DNA of 64,000 nt, from NCBI GenBank assembly GCA_044892505.1, contig CM097883.1:83514001-83578000 (forward strand), written 5' to 3'. The DNA comes from Schmidtea nova. Taxonomy: Eukaryota. This document shows positions 17,775 to 26,750 of the stretch, piece by piece. The first letter of the stretch is position 1; each line of letters opens with the position of its first letter. The position numbers and the translations under genes are program-made. A model generated the notes under the pieces. It was given only the letters and a program-made list of their open reading frames with translations, was not told the origin of the DNA and made no database searches.

Positions 17775-19157
17775 ATGAATACAGAAGGAAAAGCCGAAGA
17801 GCGGATAATCGAAATTTTGAGAGCCGAGAACAGGAAATGGAGTCAGAGACTCACTTGTGTAAATTGTAAAAACATAATATTGAAACCAAGACAAACCCTA
17901 TGCGGATGCAGAGTATGTACCAAATGCATACACGAGTTAAGTATGAAAAGACCACCAGAATGTCCAGAATGCAAAGAAGGACAAATAAAATTCGAAGAAA
18001 CCGGACCAGATAGAGCAACTCAGAGAGAAATCATGAACACGAAAACCGAATGTATAAATCAATCATGTATATGGCAAGGACAAATACGCGATCTCGAGAA
18101 CCATCTGGAGAACTGCGAAGAGAAGAGAACTGAATGTAACAAATGCCAACAAAAAATAACTATAAAGAATAAAGAGCAGCACAAAGATGAATGTAAAGAA
18201 GAGGAAAGTCTATGCGAATATTGTGGAACTCGAGAAACGAGGAGAAAGATCGAAGAAGAACACCTGAATGTAAAAGAGGAGAAAGTATGTAGACAATATG
18301 TAGGAATATGTTCAAACGAATGCGAGATAACGGTAGAAGTAAAATTACAAGAACATTGGAAAGTGTGCACGGAGAAACCAAGGGAATGTCCTTATAACAA
18401 ACAGGGATGTATGGAGAAAAGAACGCAAAAAACCATGAAACAACATCTGGAGGAAGCATTGCTAAAGCATGCGGAAATGACAAACGAAGCAACAAAAGAA
18501 ACCGAACAAACAATCAAAAAATTAGAAAGAGAAATAGAGTCACACAAGATAATGGTAAACCTACTGTTGGAAACCAGAGAGCAATTCGAACTAACACGAG
18601 AAAAGATGGAGGAAAAGATAAAAGCTATCGAAGAACTGGCTAAAGGAATGAAAATCCAGTACAACAAACTCACCCAGGATACCGAGGAAAAGTTACCAAT
18701 CGCACCCTATGTGTGGAAAGTGACAGATTTTAGAAACAAATTAACAGAGGCCAGAAATATGACGAAAACAGCAGTAATAAGCCCACCATTTTATTTATGG
18801 AGAAACGGAGCTAAAGTGAGATTGAAGCTATACCCAAATGGAGACGGAAGAGGACGAGGAACACATGTGTCAATATTTTTCTCGCTATGTAAAGGAGAAT
18901 ACGACGACCTAGTAGAATGGCCCTTGAAAGTAGGAGTCATTGTAAGAATCAGAAGTGTAACAAAACCAGTAGAAAAATTCTTTGAGACAGAGAAACATGC
19001 GAGTACGAGCGAGAAACCAACCACAGAATGTGGATTAGCAGCGAGAGAACCGATGTTTATAACGAAAGAAAGCCTATGGGAACGATTATATGCAGACACC
19101 CTATACATAGAAATGGAAAGGAATGAGAAAGCGGATAGAAAAGGATGGTTGACGTAA
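17775..19157 (+). CDS. TRAF homolog (RING, TRAF zinc fingers, coiled coil, MATH), intronless, element-borne
   Basis: RING CVNC...CGCRVC..C...CPEC; TRAF Zn fingers; MATH VWKVTDF...SPPFY...LYPNGDGRGRGTHVSIFFSLCKGEYDDLVEWP. Confidence 0.93.
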   Translation: MNTEGKAEERIIEILRAENRKWSQRLTCVNCKNIILKPRQTLCGCRVCTKCIHELSMKRPPECPECKEGQIKFEETGPDRATQREIMNTKTECINQSCIWQGQIRDLENHLENCEEKRTECNKCQQKITIKNKEQHKDECKEEESLCEYCGTRETRRKIEEEHLNVKEEKVCRQYVGICSNECEITVEVKLQEHWKVCTEKPRECPYNKQGCMEKRTQKTMKQHLEEALLKHAEMTNEATKETEQTIKKLEREIESHKIMVNLLLETREQFELTREKMEEKIKAIEELAKGMKIQYNKLTQDTEEKLPIAPYVWKVTDFRNKLTEARNMTKTAVISPPFYLWRNGAKVRLKLYPNGDGRGRGTHVSIFFSLCKGEYDDLVEWPLKVGVIVRIRSVTKPVEKFFETEKHASTSEKPTTECGLAAREPMFITKESLWERLYADTLYIEMERNEKADRKGWLT

Positions 19158-19271
19158 CCAGAAAAGTGATCATGTAAATAATATGTACAGTTAAATACCC
19201 AAAAAATTATTATATAAACAAAAATAACTGATATATAAACCGATTAAAATTTTCATTCTGTAATTATAGCA

Positions 19272-20333
19272 ATGGGAAATATCGAGGTATGCTTACAGGA
19301 AATTACGATGCATCAAGCAGAAGCGATTAGCGATCATCTAGAACAGATTGAAATATGGGTCAATGCATATTATGGAAAGCAAGAGGAGATAGAGAGACAA
19401 GCCGAATTATTAAAAGAAGCGGAAAGATCAAGTCAAAGAAGTCGAGAAAAAATAGAAGAAGTATACAAAATGCTACAACAACAAAAGGAATATTACCAGA
19501 GAATGATGAAAGAGCGACGAGAGGAAAGAGACAGACAGCAGATGGAAGCTGAACACAAGATGTATTCGATTACAGAACAAGCAAGATACTGGAAGAAAGA
19601 AGCGAAAGAATCTTACGAAAAAGCTAGAGAAATAATAGAAAGGACAGCTTATAGTGATGACTGGAAGTTATATAAAGAGATCGATGAACTAAAAGACGAG
19701 TTAGAACAAAAAATCAACCAGGAAGTGTTAAATAAAAGATGGAATACAAAAAGACAGCAATTTATCCGCGAACAAGCAAAGAAAATTAAAGGACTAACCT
19801 ATCAAGTTCAAAGAATGGGAGAAGAACTAGCTAATCAAGAACAACTGAAAACTATGCTCACCGGAATATGGAATCAGAAAGAAGAAGAGATGAAGAGAGA
19901 TATAAATGGTTATCAAGGGGTGATCACTCAAAAGAAAATAGAGCTAAAAAGAACCAGGGAAAGGTTAAAGGAAGAGAAACAAAGTTACGAGGAAAATTTA
20001 ACGAATTTGATGAAAGAAAACGAAGAATTGAAACAGAAACGAGTAACAGTATCAGTAATACCCAAAGAAGCAAGTATAACGGCAGCCGTAACAAAAATGA
20101 TAAAAGAAGACGAACAAAAGACAAAAGTAATCGAATTAGAGAAACAAATAGAAACATTAACAGAACAAGCAAATTACCTAGAATATTTGCTAGACGAGGA
20201 GATCCAGATATCTCACATGTATCGAGATGAAGTCGAAATGTGGAGGAGCAGGGTTGTTTGGATACCACTCCCCACAAACCAAGTAGAGCCTCAGGACGAA
20301 GGTTTCTATGAACCAAATGAGACGATTGTGTAA
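19272..20333 (+). CDS. Accessory ORF C, 353 aa long coiled-coil protein
   Basis: E/K/Q/R-rich heptads over most of the length; inside the element. Confidence 0.8.
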   Translation: MGNIEVCLQEITMHQAEAISDHLEQIEIWVNAYYGKQEEIERQAELLKEAERSSQRSREKIEEVYKMLQQQKEYYQRMMKERREERDRQQMEAEHKMYSITEQARYWKKEAKESYEKAREIIERTAYSDDWKLYKEIDELKDELEQKINQEVLNKRWNTKRQQFIREQAKKIKGLTYQVQRMGEELANQEQLKTMLTGIWNQKEEEMKRDINGYQGVITQKKIELKRTRERLKEEKQSYEENLTNLMKENEELKQKRVTVSVIPKEASITAAVTKMIKEDEQKTKVIELEKQIETLTEQANYLEYLLDEEIQISHMYRDEVEMWRSRVVWIPLPTNQVEPQDEGFYEPNETIV

Positions 20334-20414
20334 ATAAAGCGGAAAATATATTTTTGTAAATAATTGTATGAAATGTAGTGTCAAATTGTATTGACCTATC
20401 TGTAAAGAAACAGT

Positions 20415-20987
20415 ATGAAAAAGCTCAGAATACCGATATTCCTATACCTAATAACAATCACCCTACAAAGAGAAGATCTTCAACTCACAGAGAAGGAGCT
20501 ACGAGCCCTACCCGAGAAAACCTATCAAGAACTAGATAAACTAATCAGCGAAGCAACACAAGAAATCACCCAACTTCAACAGATAACATCAGACAACCCA
20601 AACGATGAAAAATTTCAACAGGTCCTATATGAACATCGAATCAAATTGAAAACAATCAGAAAAACCCTAAAAGAAGGTCGAGAACCCATAAAAAGCTTAG
20701 CCCAAGCAGAGATAGAATATCAAGAAAAATGGATCATCGCAATTATAATAATCCTTGCACTCAGCGTGACCATTATCGCGATCACAATCCTCATAACATC
20801 ATACCGAGTGAAGATCCTAAAACAAAAACAAGTCATCCTGAATCGAACAACAATACAAGACAGCAGAACCCAAAAGCGAATGGGAAAACACCTAAACCGA
20901 ATCCAAAGCCACTACGAACTACGAACAATCAGCGAAAGAACCCCAATCCAATCCAATACCAATCATGAAATCAAAGAGCTTGTGTAA
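20415..20987 (+). CDS. Accessory ORF D, 190 aa predicted single-pass membrane protein
   Basis: Hydrophobic N-terminus IPIFLYLITITL, helical region, TM WIIAIIIILALSVTIIAITILIT, basic tail. Confidence 0.75.
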   Translation: MKKLRIPIFLYLITITLQREDLQLTEKELRALPEKTYQELDKLISEATQEITQLQQITSDNPNDEKFQQVLYEHRIKLKTIRKTLKEGREPIKSLAQAEIEYQEKWIIAIIIILALSVTIIAITILITSYRVKILKQKQVILNRTTIQDSRTQKRMGKHLNRIQSHYELRTISERTPIQSNTNHEIKELV

Positions 20988-21157
20988 AACTGATACATTA
21001 CATTCACTTTATGTATGATCCACGTACAATTAACAATAATATGACTTTGTGCTTAAGTATAAAAACTTATCACCTTATGTGATTCTTTGTGTATATGTAA
21101 ATTGACATTTATCTGCTTAATTTTTATGTATGATGATATAGGTGTAAATGTATAATT

Positions 21158-21192
21158 AATTGCGGGACGCAATTTTAGGGGTCCCCGAGTGA
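21158..21192 (+). promoter_or_regulatory. Plus-strand priming (PPT-position) region before the 3' LTR
   Basis: AATTGCG-GGA-CGCAATT hairpin then TTAGGGGTCCCCGAGTGA directly before TGTTGGG; not a pure purine tract. Confidence 0.6.
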
Positions 21193-22524
21193 TGTTGGGC
21201 CAGCCAAATAGAGGGAACAGTGAAATAAAAGTAGATTAATTAAAACAAAAAAGAGAAAAATAAGGTAAAAAGGGGAATATTTATTTATTAAAAGAAAGGA
21301 ATAATATAGTAAAAATATAGAATAACTAAGTACAAGCTATAAATAAAAATAAATGAATTTATAGATATTAACGGGCCCAGGAGACATCTAAAAACAAATA
21401 AAATACAAATAATAATAATTAAAACCAAATAAAAGTACTTGTTATTGAATAATTGTTTTTGAAACCCGGACCTCCAAGGAAGAATACAATCTAAAAAATA
21501 AAAATTAATTAGAATCAAAAACAATAATTAAAAACCACCATGAAACTGGCCAAACCTGATTGGTCAGTCTAGACACGACTGATCAGTATAAATACTGATC
21601 AGATTTTTCATAAAATCAGACTTTGGTAGACTAGACGTTTGACTAGAGTGAGACTTTAGTAGACTTTGTTAGACTGAAATTTAGACTTTAACTAAAAATT
21701 CGCATTAGATTGCACATTGCCCCGACGACGATCACCGTTTAGACCGATTTTGATCAATAAATTTTCAGAATTCAATTGAGGTATTTTTGGTACATTATTT
21801 GATGTTGTATTCATATGTCATTATCATATTATAATATATTATTCATCTCATTATGATTTACGTTATATTTAAACTATTTAAACTATCATATTAATCTCGC
21901 GCCGTTGGGAGCTTTAGGTTCCCAAGGTGTTCGTCCGTGGCGTGGTGCTCGAGGGCTCCACACACGGTAAAGTAATAAATAACAAAGCATAATTTTATTA
22001 GTGATGGTGGAGATTTGCACATGGGACACCCAACAAATCCGGGGAATTATTTTCCGATCATTTTAGCTACAGAGGGGACGAAAATTTTTTGATAACGCTT
22101 AAAGATATGAAAGAATTTTTTTTTTAACCGTGAGGAGGCACAAATTGTTCACCCTCCCCAGAGCACAATGGCTAGATAAACGTCTAATAAACCTTAGAAA
22201 AATTAGGTCGACCGCATTTGGTACAAAAGAGCGTTTTTCGAATAAGCTAGGGATACATGACGGGAGAGAGCTTCCGTTTTGAGGTATCAATATTTTGAAA
22301 ATCCAAGCAGACAAATCACCATTTTTTCGTCTATAATATTGATCGTAAACAGATAAAGCTAAGTAGATACGAGAGTAATGTATACGTAACGAACGACAGT
22401 TTCTCTTGATTTCAGCTAAGGGGTAGGCAAATAATAAAGATATCACGATGAGAGATAACATTTACTATGATTAATTATTGATGTAAATTGTAACTATTAT
22501 AAAATTCAGCATCGTTTTGGAATC

Positions 22525-23001
22525 ATGACTAAGCATAGATACACTATCAAAAAACGACAAGAACGAGCCCGAGTTAGCCCATTAAAGCCGGCTCCTTTCG
22601 AGATTTTACAGCAAATCCATCAAAAGATGTGGGCATGGCGCCGAGAGCTCGAAACCGCCTGTCCATTTACAGTATGGGACCATCCACGGCACCACGTCTG
22701 GTACCGGGGATGCGCTAGTTGGCCAATCATTCCAGATGAGGAATTCGAATCATGGCACGCCGCCTGGTTCATCATGATGTTGGACAAAGGAGGATTCCCG
22801 AAATGTGTGATTTATTGGGGGTTCATTCCAGCCTCTACCTTCAAGGAATTGGGGTTCAAGTTCAATACAGCCATACGACCCCTTCGAGAAGCTGAGAGAA
22901 TCCGCTTCCAGCAAGCCTCCTCCAATAGCACGGGAATCCACACAAATTTGCAAATTAAATCGATATTTTCGTATCGGGGAAAAACGACCGGAGATGGATA
23001 A
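22525..23001 (+). CDS. LTR-embedded ORF 1, 158 aa Trp-rich protein of unknown function
   Basis: ATG-initiated, GC-richer than flanks, open for 158 codons in AT-rich context. Confidence 0.55.
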   Translation: MTKHRYTIKKRQERARVSPLKPAPFEILQQIHQKMWAWRRELETACPFTVWDHPRHHVWYRGCASWPIIPDEEFESWHAAWFIMMLDKGGFPKCVIYWGFIPASTFKELGFKFNTAIRPLREAERIRFQQASSNSTGIHTNLQIKSIFSYRGKTTGDG

Positions 23002-23319
23002 TTGAATAAATGGCCACCTATTTTTGAATTTAATAAATGTTTTAAAGAAGTCTGAAGTGTCTCATTTTGTTAATAGTGTTGTCATGTAGATTTAGTATTG
23101 TAGTTGTTATAGTCATTAGGAAATTCATTTATTAATACAAAATTAGTTTAATAAATCTTTTGAGTCTTCAATGGTTAGATAGTTAAATACTTCTGTAAAG
23201 AACTCGATAATTAAAAACATTAGTATACATCTCGTTTAATAATAATAAAGAGTAGACTAAATAAAATAACATTGTTGATAGGTCCTCCAGCGAATTTATC
23301 GTTATAATATTCAGACAAC

Positions 23320-23904
23320 ATGCCGACTACAGAAAATTCCAAGAAAATCATGGGACAAATCCAAGAAAGGAAGTTGAGGGACCAGCAGCGACAGATCAAG
23401 CGACTCACGGTCGCCAATGATGAATTGAGAGCGAAGTGGTTCTCACCCGGACAAATGAAGGACCAGTCGAAAAAACTTGAGCGAGTGCAGGAAGCACTGG
23501 CCACAACCAAATTGGAACTAGATGCCGTCCAGCGAGAACTCCGAAATTGCCTGAACGCAGTAACAAGAAGTTACATCGACTCCGAATTGCGAGCGCTAAT
23601 CCGGCCGATCACGGCTCAGCGCTGGATACAATGCACTCACCAAGATGTCGCTTGCGGGACAGAAGATGATATCATCATGGCACCCACTCTTACAACGGAA
23701 GATTTGCCTATTTTTCTCAGTGATCCCCCGAGAATAATAGCGTCAGCACCGGTCATAAACCAACAGCTTCGAAAACATCGAATGGGATCGCGACAGCGCC
23801 GTCGTCGCCGAGAATTTGCAAAGCGCCTGGATGAACGAATCTACCACCTGAACTCCTTAACCGAAGCAGAGTTAATCCAGGAGATTAGCCTGGAGTTTGA
23901 ATAG
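23320..23904 (+). CDS. LTR-embedded ORF 2, 194 aa coiled coil plus Arg-rich motif
   Basis: ATG after TTCAG-ACAAC; RQRRRRREFAKR near the C-terminus; AATAAA-rich signal downstream (~23996). Confidence 0.62.
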   Translation: MPTTENSKKIMGQIQERKLRDQQRQIKRLTVANDELRAKWFSPGQMKDQSKKLERVQEALATTKLELDAVQRELRNCLNAVTRSYIDSELRALIRPITAQRWIQCTHQDVACGTEDDIIMAPTLTTEDLPIFLSDPPRIIASAPVINQQLRKHRMGSRQRRRRREFAKRLDERIYHLNSLTEAELIQEISLEFE

Positions 23905-25829
23905 GAAAACCTCAATGTAAAATAACAACCTGTCTTTATTATTTTAATAAAAGTATTACTGTGTAAAATTTTTCTCTCATCGTGTGAATTCACTAAATAA
24001 AATAAAATAACAATAGCTAAATCCTAGAAGTAAAAAATCGCAGCCGCATTTTTCTCAAACCGACCGTTTCTACGCAGGAGCTGATTAATTACCTTGTAGA
24101 TCAGTTAAGGACAGTGAAATTGAGGAAAAGCGTGTGATAGATCATAAGGATGTGTAGTATAAAATTCAGTAGGAAGCGAACATCCATAGAATGTAAATGC
24201 GTAAGACCTTCTATCGGCAGCAAGGACCCGAGGGAAGATAAATGGGGAGTAGTTTTGGCAACAAAGCTCACCTGCCCATCATTTTTCCACCACCGTATGC
24301 AGTACCAACTTGGCTAGTAGGGAATAGTCAAGGGCATACGCGTGTAGTAGTCATGTTATGTATGGTTATGGGCGTGGAATCCCTAGTATACGTACTCATC
24401 AATAGTCGTTCAATTAATGATTAACTATTTATTTGAATTACTTAAAACCCACCCATAATCCCAACAATATATTCAACTCAAAAAATAGAATAGTCTCCGT
24501 TCTTTGCCCTTTTGAACTTTTTAGTTTTATTGTTACGGTCCGTAACAAGTAACTAAATTTAATTTTAAATCGTTTTAAAATCATTGTGGAATAATATTTT
24601 TCATTCGTTAGATGGCGAAACAGTACTTAATTTATACAAGTTAAATGTAAAATCAGAACAAGCAGTGGCAAATTTAACAATTAATTCTTTTCATCCATTT
24701 ATTAATGTAAATCATTGTTTTCTTCAATGAACTTTATTAAGTCAGACATGATAATAGATTAAAAGGTGGGAGTAGTGCTGTTTGTATCCTGCTAAAGCGA
24801 CCAGTTAGACAGGTATGATACTTTATTATTTTCTTATGTAGTCTTTTCATGTTTCAAGTAAAAACAAATTATAACAAAACTGTTGATTCAAGTTATTTTA
24901 TAATGTTGGGTTATTAATGAGTAGTCGATGGTACCTGACTCCTGTGTTCTCTTTTTATCACTACAAGAAATCAGACCCAACACCATAAATTTTATTTTTG
25001 ATTCAATACAATACTGCTAATCACAGAAAGTTACAATTGTTCTACAATCTGCGATAGGGTAGAACACCCAATGGGATATCTCCCTTTCTGATACGCAGGA
25101 ATTGATGGATCGATACTTTATAACTTTTAATTACCGTTTCCGTTGCCTTTTCTATGTTCCAATCACTCGCTCGACTCTTCGAGATTTTCTTCGACAAACT
25201 GGCTTCGACCAACTGGATTCGACCAACTGGCGAGTACGGCAATTTTGACTTAACTTTTATAGTGATTTTTCGATTGGTCCTGTCACGTCTTAATGTATCA
25301 GTCAATTGGTAAATTAACTGGAAGCTGCTGCTAAGTGAATTTTCCCGGGACCTTCTGTAATTAATCAAATTATTAATAAATTTATTGATGTCCCGAGTTT
25401 CCCACGTAGCTCGGGTTTCATATTAGGCAATTAATTATTTTAATTAATTTGTATTTTCTTAATATTTCTTTCTTTGGGTCCCTTTTTAATTGTATACACG
25501 CATATTTGAACTCGTCTCATCATTTGGCATCCTCCCATACCAGTTTCCCCTTCTCAATATTTATTTTGAATTTTTATAAATTTTTAATTAATGTTTGCAT
25601 ATTGATCATTATTTTTCCTATTTTCGTATTTTTATCTATTTGCACATAGTTTTTGTGCTTTTTGTGCTTTTTAACTTTTTATTTCAGCCTATTCAGGCAA
25701 CCCTAAAAAATAAAATCAAATAAATAATTCATGGCACGTCAGCTAGTAAATAAGTAATTTTTGGCACGCGCACTCAAAAAGGTTTGCCACCACTCGTCTA
25801 GATATTATAATATTTTATTAATTATGTAT

Positions 25830-26750
25830 TAATAATGTTTCATTACTTTGAAAATTAAAACTGACGAATGCCTGCATGTACTAAAGAAATTATCCATTAT
25901 TTCTTGTGTTGTTTTGATGACTTCTTTCATCTTATTACAAAAGTGAGGCTTTCCATGGAATATTTAGAATTTCTTTGTATCACACAATGAATTTGGTAAA
26001 GACGTCAGTTTTGCCAAAGAAAAGTCTGAATCGCCCGATGGATTATTTTGAAGTCTTTGAAGCTGATTTAGTATTTGTATGGATCCGTGATGTTGTATTT
26101 CGTGGTAATATATCTGTCTAATGCACTGGAGGCTATGAATATTAAAATTAGCTTATGTGTTATCAATGAGTGACCTAATCTTTCATTTGACTCAAAGCCA
26201 ACCCTTACGCCAATCTTTCAGTCAACTGATAAAATGCATACTAGATACTCAAAAGGATAAACCTTTTTAATAGGGAACTGTTTGAGATTTCATTTATACA
26301 TTTTTAAGGACTCGAAGTTGATTTTCCAATTAGCAGTAATTTAAGTAAAGCTAACTTTACAGTCTGTATCCACACTATAAAATACTTTGATGCCCCACTA
26401 CCATTTTGCTTTTGGGAAGAGATTTCTTTCTAAACAACAATGAAGGATCTGATGTAGCTCATAGTCTGTCTCATTTGCTTTGTAAAATTTTCTCGTTTAT
26501 ATTAATTGATAAGCCGCAAAACGAATGAATAAGTGTATTTTTTTGCATCTTCATGTTATTCACTATGAGACTCTCCATGATTTCACTTAAAGACATTCGT
26601 AACTCCATTTTTGATCAACTGAACTATTTCCCAGTAATAGTAAAATCTTAAAGTTCTATACAAGTAGCCAGTGAAGCAACTTCTTCTTTAAAAACAGGTC
26701 CACAGACTGGTTATATCTTGGATGTTAATATATGTTGACAACAAAAAATT
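25830..26750 (-). pseudogene. Degenerate hAT (Charlie/SPIN-like) transposase relic
   Basis: Minus-strand fragments PVCGPVFKEEVASL, YQIHCVIQR and HAGIRQF, with many stops. Confidence 0.5.

Larger units (their letters stand above)
1..24466 (+). mobile_element. Giant env-bearing Ty3/gypsy (Metaviridae) LTR retroelement, Burro-like; 5' LTR lies outside the window
   Basis: Gag-PR-RT-RH-IN order in one ORF; 3' LTR TGTTGGG(21193)...CCCAACA(24466); LTR end sequence not found in 1-1800; continuous A-rich plus-strand bias. Inclusion of 1-1800 is inferred. Confidence 0.92.
21193..24466 (+). repeat. 3' LTR of the giant element (3274 bp)
   Basis: Termini TGTTGGG / CCCAACA are a 7-bp inverted repeat; the last ~270 bp are homologous to the end of the solo LTR at 41300-41562. 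Confidence 0.85.

Noticed and set aside
17775-19157. TRAF as an ordinary host gene
   Set aside because: Intronless, lies between the polyprotein and the PPT/LTR, and shares spacer motifs and codon bias with the element.
1939-20384. Many short minus-strand and alternate-frame ORFs overlapping the polyprotein and accessory genes
   Set aside because: Shadow ORFs caused by the A-rich sense-strand bias (F/L/S/V-rich); no motifs.
20935-20965. PIQSNT as a TRAF-binding motif in ORF D
   Set aside because: Does not match PxQxT or PxQxxD exactly; too short to support.
21898-21970. GC-rich structured island in the LTR considered as an HDV-like ribozyme
   Set aside because: Hairpins exist (TGGGAGC/GTTCCCA, CCGTG/CACGG), but P2 and a canonical L3 could not be assigned.
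25042-25368. 108-aa minus-strand ORF
   Set aside because: No recognisable motif; probably a repeat relic.
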